From positions 1 through 53,232 of the forward strand of contig JBHLPF010000021.1 in assembly GCA_048939765.1 (NCBI GenBank): DNA of 53,232 nucleotides, given 5' to 3'. The DNA is from Promethearchaeota archaeon (GTDB taxonomy: Archaea; Asgardarchaeota; Thorarchaeia; Thorarchaeales; Thorarchaeaceae). Position 1 is the first letter of the stretch. Each line of letters begins with the position of its first letter. Below the pieces are notes generated by a model. The model saw nothing but the letters and a program-made list of their open reading frames with translations. It was not told the origin of the DNA and did no database searches. The translations under genes were made by a program, and so were the position numbers. This document shows positions 17,969-28,600 of this stretch, piece by piece.

Positions 17969-19081
17969 TCAACCAATTCCGAATTCATCAAGGAGAATTT
18001 CGCTTCCGGTATCAGCTGAGTGGTGTGCAGCCGCCGCGAATTTCTGAACCTTCAATCCCTGTATGCCAGTCAGTACTGGTTCTGTATCTTTTGTTATTGC
18101 TTCAATGAAATGATTGACCGAACCCACGAAGCTCGAAAGCCAATCAGTTTCAATATCTCGACACTCGGATAGCTCTCCTTCAATGAATGTAATTAGCGGA
18201 GCTTCATTACGAAGCGTATTTGCAGTGCACTGGTTTACCCAGATGTAACCCTTATCACCGGTTATCTCAACTCTCTCATCGGCTGAATAATACTTCGAAG
18301 GAAAATTCCCGTCCCGACTCCATGTCACTTCCATCGAGCCGTACGTTCTAGGCTTACGATATTTCCACATCACAACTGCCGGAGCATCTACAACCATTGG
18401 TGCTTCATCCTCATCTTCAAACATACCTGTTGTGTCTATCCACGCCTTGACTTTCTCAACGTCCCCCAGAAAGAACTCGGCTATTGAGAACTTGTGATAA
18501 CCGTCATCCCAGCATATTGGGCCTCCTCCACATTTTTCCCGACTCACGCGCCACATCCAGGCGTCGAGAGGTACATCCCATCCACCCATATGGCTTACTC
18601 CTAGCTTAATATGAATCGAGGATGGCCTGCCAATTGCTCCACTTTCGATGAGTTCCTTTGCTTTCAGGTAAGGTGGATAGAACCGAAAATTCTCAAAGAC
18701 GCGTAGCTTAACACCGTTCTTTTTTGCAGCATCAATCATTTGCCTGCATTCTTCCAGACTATTTGCCATGGGCTTTTGAATAGAGATGTGCTTTCCGGCC
18801 TCAGCAGCCTTTATTGCCATGTCCGCATGGAGATGATGGGGCACAAGAATCTCCACAGCATCTATGGACTCAGTTTTGAGGAGATCGTCATAGTCAGTGA
18901 AAATCATTTCCTGCGAAACCCCCCATTCATTTCCTTTTCTATTGGCACGCTCTGAATCAGCATCGCAGACAGCAGCAATTTCGGCGTTAGGATTCTGCAA
19001 ATATCCGGGTGCGTGAAGATCTGAGATTCTTCCGCATCCTATTATCGCGAAGTTCACTTTCACTGGCATGTCCTTCATCAT
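17969..19081 (-). CDS. Gfo/Idh/MocA family NAD(P)-dependent oxidoreductase
   Basis: FAIIGCGRIS, PHHLH, AGKHISIQKPMA, ENFRF and DDGYH motifs. Confidence 0.92.
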   Translation of the reverse strand: MMKDMPVKVNFAIIGCGRISDLHAPGYLQNPNAEIAAVCDADSERANRKGNEWGVSQEMIFTDYDDLLKTESIDAVEILVPHHLHADMAIKAAEAGKHISIQKPMANSLEECRQMIDAAKKNGVKLRVFENFRFYPPYLKAKELIESGAIGRPSSIHIKLGVSHMGGWDVPLDAWMWRVSREKCGGGPICWDDGYHKFSIAEFFLGDVEKVKAWIDTTGMFEDEDEAPMVVDAPAVVMWKYRKPRTYGSMEVTWSRDGNFPSKYYSADERVEITGDKGYIWVNQCTANTLRNEAPLITFIEGELSECRDIETDWLSSFVGSVNHFIEAITKDTEPVLTGIQGLKVQKFAAAAHHSADTGSEILLDEFGIG

Positions 19082-19130
19082 CCTGACAGACTTTTAGGGC
19101 AGACTGTATTCCGATACTTAATTCCTAGGA

Positions 19131-20909
19131 TTGATGGAGCTGGTCAATTTGCCGAAAGAGAAGATGACTGGTGGAGAGGCGGTCGCGAAATACATGAGGT
19201 CGCAAGGTGTTCCCTATGCTGTAGGGATACCTGGTCATGGCTGTCTTGGATTGACAGATGCATTTCTGAAACATGATATACCTGTCATTCAGGTCCGTCA
19301 TGAGCAGAGTGCTGCTCATCTTGCTGATGGATACTTTCGTGCCACGGGAAAGCCCCTGGTCGTTTTCACGAGCATTGGACCAGGTGGATGCAATACTGTG
19401 ATTGGTGTTGCTACTGCATTTGTAGATTCAAAGGCAATGATAGTGATCACAGGTTCAGTACATGTCCGTTGGCAAGGGCATGGAGTTCTTCAGGAGATTG
19501 AAAGGAGTCAATGGGCGGACTTCGCATCTATTCTCAAACCAATCGTCAAACGAAGCTTCCAAGTCACAAGTCTTGACCAGCTCCCCTGGGTGTTGCATAA
19601 TGCTTTCAAACATGCGGTGTCTGGCAGACCTGGACCCGTTCACATTGATCTTCCCATGGACATCCAAGCGGATGCAAAGGAACTCGAACTCTACGAAGAT
19701 GCTCCCTTCGAAATAAACCAGCATCGGCCCATGCCTGACCCTAAATTGGTGGAGAAAGGGATTGAGCTTCTTACATCTGCAAGGAATGGAGTTATTCTGG
19801 CTGGCGGAGGCGTCCTGTTATCAGGAGCTACAGAAGAATTACGGTTAATCTCAGAACGCCTTGGATTGCCAGTGGTATGCACCATGTCAGGGAAGGGTGC
19901 TTTTCCTGAGGACCATCCACTCTTTGGTTTCTTCACAGGCACGAAGGGCTCTCCAATTGGCAACGAACTCACACGAAATGCTGATGTCATACTTGCTCTT
20001 GGCTGTAGATTCGCGGATGAAACAACAAGCAGCTACAAGCAAGGTGTTTCATTTGATATTCTAAAATCCAGCATCATCCAGGTTGATATCGATCCCGGGG
20101 AGTTGGGGAAGAACTACTTCACACCAGTCCCAATTCATGCAGATGTGAAATCAACAATTGACGCGTTTCTAAAGAAGTTGGATGTTATTGGACACACATT
20201 AGACTACACGCAGCTAGAGGTTACTAATTGGTTAAGGGCTGAGCGTCAGAAATGGACTAAGCAGCTCGAAACACAGCGGCAAGGCGAGCCCATGACCATT
20301 TCAAAACTACTTGAAGATTTGCGAGCTTCTTTGCCTCGAGATGCCTATATCGTGACAAGTGCAGGCCACACACAAGCAGCACTGTTCCAAGAGTATCCTA
20401 TCCTTGAAGCAAACACCCACATCACTTCGGGGGGCTTCAGTACTATGGGCTTTGGGCTTCCTGCAGCATTGGGTGTGAAGCTTGCCCATCCTGATAGAAT
20501 AGTGGTTTCTGTTGAAGGAGATGGAAGCTTCCTCATGACCTGTCAGGAATTGGCCACGGCTATTCAATACGGACTTCCAATAATCGTAGTGATAGCGGAT
20601 AACCAGGGCTGGATCAGTATAAGGGACCTTCAGATAGATGCCTACGGGAAAGATAGAATCTATGCTACTGAGTTTCTAAGAAAGGATGATGAAGCTCCAT
20701 ACTCACCTGACTTCGTCCAGCTTGCTCGGTCATTCGGATGCTGGACACGAAGGGCTGACACTCCCGCTGAAGTCCGCGGCGCGATGGCTGAAGCATTGAA
20801 ACAGGATGCACCTGCTGTTATTGTAACCCAGGTTGACCGAGTACATCCAAGGAGTGAATCGCCAGTCTATGGCTGGTGGGATGTGCCTAGACCGGATTAC
20901 TTGGATTAG
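19131..20909 (+). CDS. ThDP-dependent enzyme of the acetolactate synthase superfamily, IolD-like
   Basis: RHEQSAAH, TSIGPG, GRPGPVHIDLPMD and ThDP motif GDGSF...DN. IolD-like GIPGHG and C-terminal WWDVP. Confidence 0.85.
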   Translation: MMELVNLPKEKMTGGEAVAKYMRSQGVPYAVGIPGHGCLGLTDAFLKHDIPVIQVRHEQSAAHLADGYFRATGKPLVVFTSIGPGGCNTVIGVATAFVDSKAMIVITGSVHVRWQGHGVLQEIERSQWADFASILKPIVKRSFQVTSLDQLPWVLHNAFKHAVSGRPGPVHIDLPMDIQADAKELELYEDAPFEINQHRPMPDPKLVEKGIELLTSARNGVILAGGGVLLSGATEELRLISERLGLPVVCTMSGKGAFPEDHPLFGFFTGTKGSPIGNELTRNADVILALGCRFADETTSSYKQGVSFDILKSSIIQVDIDPGELGKNYFTPVPIHADVKSTIDAFLKKLDVIGHTLDYTQLEVTNWLRAERQKWTKQLETQRQGEPMTISKLLEDLRASLPRDAYIVTSAGHTQAALFQEYPILEANTHITSGGFSTMGFGLPAALGVKLAHPDRIVVSVEGDGSFLMTCQELATAIQYGLPIIVVIADNQGWISIRDLQIDAYGKDRIYATEFLRKDDEAPYSPDFVQLARSFGCWTRRADTPAEVRGAMAEALKQDAPAVIVTQVDRVHPRSESPVYGWWDVPRPDYLD

Positions 20910-20960
20910 ATAGATTTGGAAGGGCACAGCCGAGCATAGCCCTTCCATCAATTAGCAACC

Positions 20961-22361
20961 CTATTCAGCCATTCCTGAAACTTTCTTCCTATGGAGCTGA
21001 TCTCTTTGATTCTTGACAGATCTCCATTCTTCTCCAGTCAGTCGAAATCTGGATATGGCTAGAACGCCGATCACCATTGCAACCGCTGGAAATACACCCA
21101 ATAGCATCCTCAGCCCAAGTATGGTCTCAGCACCGGGCAATGGGTCGAAAACAGCCCAACCTACATTATCGAAAACCATTGCAATTGAAACAAACATGAA
21201 GATGACTGACAGCCGCATGACAAGCGCATTGACACCGAAGAAAGCTCCTTCACGTCTAACTCCAGTCTTCACCTCATCCTCATCTATTATATAGGCGATC
21301 ACAAGGTCTCTCAGTTGGAGATTCCCAGCAAGTCCGATTCCGTTGATTGCAAACATGACTAAGGCAAGCGTAACGTCTGAGATCAATACAAAGGCTAGAA
21401 GTGTCACAGCCCAAAAGCCCATGGCCACCATCCAGGTCTTTCTAAGATCATCCCATCTGTTAATTAGATATTTCCAGAGATTTACGAATATTCCAGCAGA
21501 GATGAAAGCAGCAGCGAGAAGGAGCCCAAGCATAATTGTTTCGCCAGCGCCGATGTTCAGAACAAATTGGCCGAAGAGTGGCACTATTGTTGGAATCAAT
21601 CCAAACACATACCAGACACAGAGGTTGGTCACCAAGTACCATTGAAATGTCTTGTTGCCAAGGGTATGCGTGAACGCTTCACTCCAGCTTGGCACAGACT
21701 GACTGTCTTCGCTGAATTCTTCTCTTTCCCGAACGCCCCACTTCAGTGCTATACCGTAGCAGAGTGCAGCTGCGATTGCAAGAAGCAGGCCAGAGAACTG
21801 ATACTCGGAAAGGACTTGTGCGGCCGGGACCGTGGCTGCTGATAGATCTGAAATGAATATAGTGGGAATGATGAAAGCAATGATTAATCCAACCACCGTA
21901 AACATTGAGCGGATGTTGTTTGCCGAGTTTCTCTCCTTATCCTCAAGCCACATCTCAGGAAAGAGTGAGGTCAAGTTCAAACTAGTCATGGTGAATAGGC
22001 CATCAAAGAGCATGATCATTATCAAGAAGTAGATGAAAGACATCTCTAGATTTCCAAACGGTGGTGTCCAGAGGAATATCATCATTAGGCTCAAAGGAAT
22101 GAACCCTGCTGCAATGAAAGGAATTCGTCGTCCCCATTTCGTCTTAGTACGATCTGATATGAGACCTAACAGAGGGTCATTAACTGCATTCCAAAGACTC
22201 CAGAGCACGAATCCTATTGTGACGAGATTCACATTCACGCCAATGACCGCATAATAAAATGTGAATATGAGAAATGTGAATGCAAAGTATGTTATCTGGT
22301 CGCCCGCAGATCCGATTCCGAATGCTACCTTATTTCCGGGTTTGTATTCTTCGTTGGCCAT
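20961..22361 (-). CDS. MFS transporter, glycoside-pentoside-hexuronide (GPH/MelB-like) family
   Basis: NAVNDPLLGLISDRTKTKWGRRIPF and IDEDEVKTGVRREG motifs, about 12 TM helices. Likely start is ATG 22361 (the track gives 22394). Confidence 0.92.
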   Translation of the reverse strand: MANEEYKPGNKVAFGIGSAGDQITYFAFTFLIFTFYYAVIGVNVNLVTIGFVLWSLWNAVNDPLLGLISDRTKTKWGRRIPFIAAGFIPLSLMMIFLWTPPFGNLEMSFIYFLIMIMLFDGLFTMTSLNLTSLFPEMWLEDKERNSANNIRSMFTVVGLIIAFIIPTIFISDLSAATVPAAQVLSEYQFSGLLLAIAAALCYGIALKWGVREREEFSEDSQSVPSWSEAFTHTLGNKTFQWYLVTNLCVWYVFGLIPTIVPLFGQFVLNIGAGETIMLGLLLAAAFISAGIFVNLWKYLINRWDDLRKTWMVAMGFWAVTLLAFVLISDVTLALVMFAINGIGLAGNLQLRDLVIAYIIDEDEVKTGVRREGAFFGVNALVMRLSVIFMFVSIAMVFDNVGWAVFDPLPGAETILGLRMLLGVFPAVAMVIGVLAISRFRLTGEEWRSVKNQRDQLHRKKVSGMAE

Positions 22362-22471
22362 GCAAATCACCCCAAGGAGAGCCAGAGGTGGCATTTATCG
22401 AGACATAAATCTCTTTGGGGGAATCGCATATATCGGACAACTCATCAGCTTAGTTGTAGGTCCGGATATGA

Positions 22472-23605
22472 ATGAGTGAGTTCGTAATTCGTTACTTCAG
22501 CCCTCATGGACGGCAAGAGGAAAGGAAATTCAAGAATGATGCCTCACGAATAGAGCTTTCAATGAGGGCAGCAAGTGAAATCGACCTTACTCCATTGCAG
22601 GATTGTCACAAGCTAGAGAGATTGGATTTATCTCACAATTTCTTGGAAACATTGGATCTGGTTCCCTTGATGGACAATGAATCTCTTAACGTACTCCGTT
22701 TAGAGGACAATAGGCTCTCAGCCTTGGATCTGTGGCCCTTGCATAATTGCCCAAATCTTGCAGAGATTGAGCTAACCGAGAATAGACTGAGAACATTAGA
22801 CGTGACTCCTGTCTTCACATGTAATCTCTTACGCTCAGATTCCAGTGTTGTCTTGACTGCAGACAGTATTCTCAAACACATTCTTACACCTCAACGGATT
22901 ATGGCTCAGTTCAAATCAGTGCGCACAGACCGGACAGCATGGACTGCAACACCCGTGGTCATTTGGAATGATTATGACAAGCTAGTGGAAACAAAAGGGT
23001 GGCCTCTTGTATTTCAGCGCATGAAATCAGTCCTGACAAAGATATCAAAGGTTGATTGGTTTGACGCACAGAAAGGTCTACTAGAGTCCCTCGGCATGCT
23101 TGAACTCTCAGGCTTGGATGCTGATCCTATGAAGATTCTAGTGGATGTGTCTGAGGATGAGGACTATGAGTCTTCGAAGGAACGCATCTATGATCGCGTA
23201 GTTGACCTTCTAGCTGATCAAATAGAAAGAGGAGGCCCTACTCTATTCCTCGATGTATCCAAGATGAAAGACACTAGAGCATCGCGACTAATCCCTTCAA
23301 TTGTACGACAGAGAGAGTCAGAACTTGAAAACTTGGAGGTGCAGACACTTCGTGGTATTGCTTTTCTTCATCCAATATGGATGACGTCCTATGGCTTTGA
23401 TGTTCTTAGTGCTTTAGACTGCGGTCTGACCGCAAACTCCATTGGCATGAATCAAATCAAGAGTGCTTTTGCCGATGCTGGCTTTGAGCTAGACATCAGG
23501 CGGGTGGATTCCGTTGTTCATCGGAATTGGGGTGATACATCTCGCAGCTTCAGGCGGTTCATATTCAGACTTGCCCGATCCCATACTGGAAGAAAGCGGA
23601 TTTGA
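22472..23605 (+). CDS. Leucine-rich repeat protein with an uncharacterised C-terminal domain
   Basis: 22-aa LRRs: LERLDLSHNFLETLDLVPL, LNVLRLEDNRLSALDLWPL and LAEIELTENRLRTLDVTPV. Confidence 0.88.
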   Translation: MSEFVIRYFSPHGRQEERKFKNDASRIELSMRAASEIDLTPLQDCHKLERLDLSHNFLETLDLVPLMDNESLNVLRLEDNRLSALDLWPLHNCPNLAEIELTENRLRTLDVTPVFTCNLLRSDSSVVLTADSILKHILTPQRIMAQFKSVRTDRTAWTATPVVIWNDYDKLVETKGWPLVFQRMKSVLTKISKVDWFDAQKGLLESLGMLELSGLDADPMKILVDVSEDEDYESSKERIYDRVVDLLADQIERGGPTLFLDVSKMKDTRASRLIPSIVRQRESELENLEVQTLRGIAFLHPIWMTSYGFDVLSALDCGLTANSIGMNQIKSAFADAGFELDIRRVDSVVHRNWGDTSRSFRRFIFRLARSHTGRKRI

Positions 23606-23665
23606 TGTGTTCAGATTACCCCCGCGCTCGTTTTTTGGATTGCGCGACGCAGACCTTAGAAGTAG

Positions 23666-25105
23666 CTATGCCGTGCTTCTCCTATCTTTCGTTTCATGGT
23701 ACTGGCATACCCTTGATAATGCTCCCACCGCCTCGCTCATATTTCTGAAAACAGGGAGTCCCTCTTCAACAAAGACATTCCAACACCGCATGCGCGCGTC
23801 AGCATAGGCTACTTCTGGTATTGCCACAAGCACAGGTTTGTTTTCATTATCCACAATATGTCGACCCGCTTCGGACATGATCTTCCAGAAGAACTCGGTC
23901 GCATCCAGCAATCCCAATATCGAACCTACTTGATGAACGTGGTGAGGATCGGCCTCAAGAATTATTGAATCAAACCTCTTCTCTTCACCAACAGTCTTTA
24001 TGACTTCACCAATATTCTCCATCTCATAATAATCAGCAGCAAGATCGATTGGATTGCCCAAAGAAGTCCCTACATCCTTTATCATTGGGTCGAGTTTCTC
24101 AAGGATTTCATTGGAAGTCTTTGGGACCGTCAATCCATTTTCAATAGAGAGGTCTGTGTATACGACGCTGGTTCCTCCACTAATTGCGATGATGCCGACA
24201 TTGTGCGATTTCGGTTTTGGACTTAGTGAAAACAGACTAAGGGTTGCTATCAGGTCTTCTAGAGTCTTAACCGTGGCCACATTTGCTTGGCGAAAGGCTG
24301 CATCCCACACGTGTTGGCTTCCAGCCAAAGCTCCAGTGTGCGAGGACACTACTCTGGACCCCTCTTGAGATCTTCCTCCCTTTAGCACGACAACTGGTTT
24401 CTTAGCAGCGAGGTTTCTTAGGGCTCTCAGTAACTCTTTCCCCTGCGTTGTCCCCTCAATATACCCACCTACGACATTCGTTTCCTCATCTGTCAGGAAA
24501 TACTCGAGCAATTCAGTTGGAGCGATATCAACTGCGTTGCCAAATGAGAATACCTTACTAAAGCCCACGCCAGATTCAACTCCTGCGGTGTATGTGCTGA
24601 TAGCGACACCTCCCGATTGAGAGATGAATCCTACATCTCCAATCCTCTGCATGACTGTGGGCATGAAGCTAAATCCGATCTTTGGATACATCAAACCCAT
24701 ACAATTAGGTCCAAAGACTCGTGTTGGCAATTCGTCAATTATCTGTTTGAGATTCTGTTCTCGACGCAGCCCCTCTTCAGTTCCAAGCTCAGAGAAGCCG
24801 CTTGTGAATATCGTTGCGCCCTTCGCCCCTTTCTTTGACGCTTGTTTCAATACATCCGGCACTGCTTGGAAGGGGACCCTAATTATGGCATAATCGATCT
24901 TCTCTGGTATCTCCTCCATACTCTGATACAACTTTTGTCCCAGAACAGTCCCTTCTCTTCTTGAAACCAGCCAAACTCTGAGATTATGCTGCCACTGCAG
25001 CATTGAATGCGCCCAGTAGTATCCCATTGAAGGAGAAACACCAATTATCGCCACTGACTCAATTTCCAGCATTTCTTTGATCGATGGTCTGCCTTTCAAT
25101 GTCAT
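23666..25105 (-). CDS. NDP-forming acyl-CoA synthetase alpha-subunit-like (CoA-binding) protein
   Basis: SVAIIGVS, FTSGFSE, GPNCMG, SQSGG, phospho-His SSHTGALAG and NPIDL. Likely start is ATG 25105 (the track gives 25168). No ATP-grasp beta domain. Confidence 0.88.
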   Translation of the reverse strand: MTLKGRPSIKEMLEIESVAIIGVSPSMGYYWAHSMLQWQHNLRVWLVSRREGTVLGQKLYQSMEEIPEKIDYAIIRVPFQAVPDVLKQASKKGAKGATIFTSGFSELGTEEGLRREQNLKQIIDELPTRVFGPNCMGLMYPKIGFSFMPTVMQRIGDVGFISQSGGVAISTYTAGVESGVGFSKVFSFGNAVDIAPTELLEYFLTDEETNVVGGYIEGTTQGKELLRALRNLAAKKPVVVLKGGRSQEGSRVVSSHTGALAGSQHVWDAAFRQANVATVKTLEDLIATLSLFSLSPKPKSHNVGIIAISGGTSVVYTDLSIENGLTVPKTSNEILEKLDPMIKDVGTSLGNPIDLAADYYEMENIGEVIKTVGEEKRFDSIILEADPHHVHQVGSILGLLDATEFFWKIMSEAGRHIVDNENKPVLVAIPEVAYADARMRCWNVFVEEGLPVFRNMSEAVGALSRVCQYHETKDRRSTA

Positions 25106-25681
25106 CAGAAGCTCTCCGGGCTCGCGAAGGGGAATCTGACGGTGATTTAAGAGTAGCGAAGGAACCAATCTATGAATCGAACTCTTTTGTCATCTAGAGA
25201 AAGCAACTTGCTCCCCCCACAAAAGGCTCTGAAATCTATATTGTAGGCGTCGGCCGGAGTTTTTGCAATTTGGGTCGTGTGTGTGGAGTCAGTATGCCAA
25301 TAGGCATGGAAGTCATTGAACTCTTTTCGGAGCATAGAAGGCCGACGCTCTGATCTCCATATATCATCTCTATAATATATATGAAATTGTCATATACTAT
25401 ATGATGTGCTACGAGGATACAAATGGCGCCATTCATGAGAGAGGCCGGTGCGATGTTCTGAATATGGAGCCCATTGGGTTAAAGTGATATCAAACCACGA
25501 ACGAAGAGCATCTGGCATCTCCTAATAGCGCCATTCGAAAAATCGCATAGGTTTTGATTTTTTGGAATCAATATTCACCCAGTTGTTTAATATGTGGGAG
25601 AGACGATTCTCTCACATCCTCAGCTGAGTTCAATTCAGGAGCAGTATGGGTCACACTGCATCTATTGGAGGAGACATTAGA

Positions 25682-28600
25682 ATGCACAGTCGTCGGACTC
25701 TTTCATTCACAATCTTGCTATTGCCGATTCTTCTTCTGTCGACCTTTGGAGGTCATAATATCATAGGACAAGATGCTGAAAGCTCTCGCCTTGTAGATAT
25801 TGGAGGAGGACAGACTATCGAAGTTCAATCGGACGAAGTTCTGCGGTCATACAGCCTTTCTGACTCGCCGCTTGCTCGTGAGGGTGTGGGTTCTCCTCTC
25901 AACGGTTCAGAATACGGTACTCGTACTGACAGCTTCACTGACATCGAACTCACTTATGAAACCTCTAACACGACGACTTCCGACACAACCTCTGTGCCAT
26001 TGGGTCCCCTGTGGGAAGGCACAACAATATCAACTTCTATTAGTGACCTTCAAGAGAATCGAACCTGGTTGACAAATCCAGGTTTTGATTCTGATACTGA
26101 TTGGACACTTGGAACTGATGATGTAGGCATATACATCAATACACTCGATACCTCAATCACTGGAGGTGTTGTCAGCTTCACGCAATCTGGATATGATACT
26201 GGAACATGGTTCCGACATGACTTGGGAGATCGCTGCTATGCTGAACAGGGCATTTCAACAAATAGTGGTGAAGTTACATGGGTTGGAGTGTCTCTAGATT
26301 ACTGGGTGGATGATAATTGGGGTGGAGCACCTGTTGGATTCTGGGAACTCTATGTTCAAGTTGGAAGTGCGGATGTTGTTGCCAATCACTTGTGGGATAT
26401 GCAGTTCAGCGACGTTCTTGCTCAGACAACTTGGTACTCAACAGGTCTTGTTGAGGCAAATGCGTCACTAATTGCATCCTCAGATTTCACATTGCAGGTT
26501 GGAATGAGAACAACTCGGTCATTTGGCTGCAGGCCTCAACTGAATCCTGAAGTGCAAATGGATAATGTGAGGGTGTTTGTTAAGTCACGTGTATATCCAT
26601 CTCAAGTTAATCTGCAGATGAATGGATTGGGTGTTGGCAATGTGAGCGATGGTCTTGGGGGATGGTTATGGAGTATAGGAACTGCAACTGAAGTTCCGCA
26701 GACTCCATTGATTGGTAATTATGTCAACTCAACTTTCACATGGACACCCACACCAGTCAATCCTGATCCAAATGAAGTCATTCGTGTAAGTTTTTCAGTT
26801 GAAATGACGGTATACGCTCGGAAACTGAATGCCTCGTCACTGTATCAGGCAGAAGTGTCAAGCTATGGAGACCACTTTTCAGTTACAAATGGCTCTCAGG
26901 TACAATGGGAGAGTTACTACTTTGTCGCAGTTCCCAATGGATATTCAAATCTGTACTTCTTCAATCTCACAAAAGAGACGACCCGAACATTCGATATGGT
27001 GTCCGAACCTCGATATCCTGGTTCTGACTTTGTCTATTGGACTCAAGATTCAGCAAGTGTGAATGTGTCTGTGTATGAAGGAATCACTGACACATATCAA
27101 AATGGATTCTGGAAACTAAAAGGCCATTCAAGCAACATGATCCAAGATCTCCGGATGTGGACAGGCTCGTCTTGGGATACAACCTTCACATACCGAGCCA
27201 ACGCCAATGTTCGATTCCAGGCTCAACTCGGCTCTGCCTTCAATGGGGCAGTGGTAAGCTTCTCAATCTATGATACTTCTGGTGCACTGTGGGACAGCCT
27301 TGAAGCCACAGTTGTTGGAGGATTCGCTGAAACCGCAGATGTGAATCTTGATGCTTTGACAGCTGAGGTCGGACAATGGACTGTTGAAGCCTTTACGAAC
27401 GACTCTATCTCTGGCGGCCCGATTCATGATGTGGGTCTTTACGGCAGAGAGTTTACGATTCAACATGCCACAGATATGTATGTGACATACCCGCGGCAGT
27501 CTCAGATCAATTGGATGAGGAATCTCACATATGGCCAGGACATGTTGCTTCAGTTGAGAGTCAATGACTCTGATAATGGTGACCTTCTTCCTGGCGGTGC
27601 CGCCACCTACAATTGGACTAGTGGATTAAATCCATTAAATGACATGGGGACAGGAGAGTACAGCATTGTACTGAACACCGCTGATTTGGGCACCCCCGGT
27701 CGATATGCCATCACTCTGACATGGAGCCATGCCTACTATGACTCAATCCTAGAAACATTCGTCATCAATGTCATCGAAGAAACAAGTCTAAGCTCCCCTG
27801 ATGCGCCAGGGCTGACAGTTCCTCGAAGTTGGGATGCATCCTTCGAGCTCATCTTTGCTGACTCTCGTGATGCAGGTATTAGTGGCGCCACTATACTCTG
27901 TAATTGGACCGACTCATCATACAGCGTTGTCCCAGCTCCTGGGGAACCTGGGAACTACACATTGACAATAACAACTCCGAATACGAATCTAGGAACATAT
28001 GCAGTGATAGTCACTGCGCAGAAGGACTTCTACGTCACAGCCAGCATCACATTGTTCGTTGAAGTTAGGCAATTGTTCACATCTGTGTCGACATCCCGGA
28101 GTGTTGTCTATCTTCCAATCGGATTCCAGGAGTCAGTTTCACTGACAGTATGGGACACAGATCATGATCTGCCCATTACTGGGGCTGAGAGCTCGATAGT
28201 ATGCAATTGGTCGGAAAGCCATGTTTTAGGTGAACAGAACTATACTGTGACCATGACATCTCCAGGAGTATACGACGTTGTATTCTTCTCCACTGAAACA
28301 GATTTTCTACAGAGCTACGATGTCGTCTTTGATGTGAGTAGGTTTGGCTACCAGAATCATACTCTCTCAATTACTGTTATCGTGACCAGCCATCTTACGC
28401 TCTTGTCTCTTGATAACCCCGTTGCGCCTACACCTTATACCGGGACGATTCTCATCAATGTGACGTATTTCGATGGGTCAACACTCTCAGGCATAATTGG
28501 GTCTGAAGTCCTAATCTATGTGACCTCTCCAGTCGTCGAGCCCCTGAGCTATTCGGTATACAATGGGTCAATCGCTGGACAATACATTATTGCTGTCCCG

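Noticed and set aside
17963-17974. Convergent genes whose stop codons abut exactly (TGATCA)
   Set aside because: Ordinary genome compaction.
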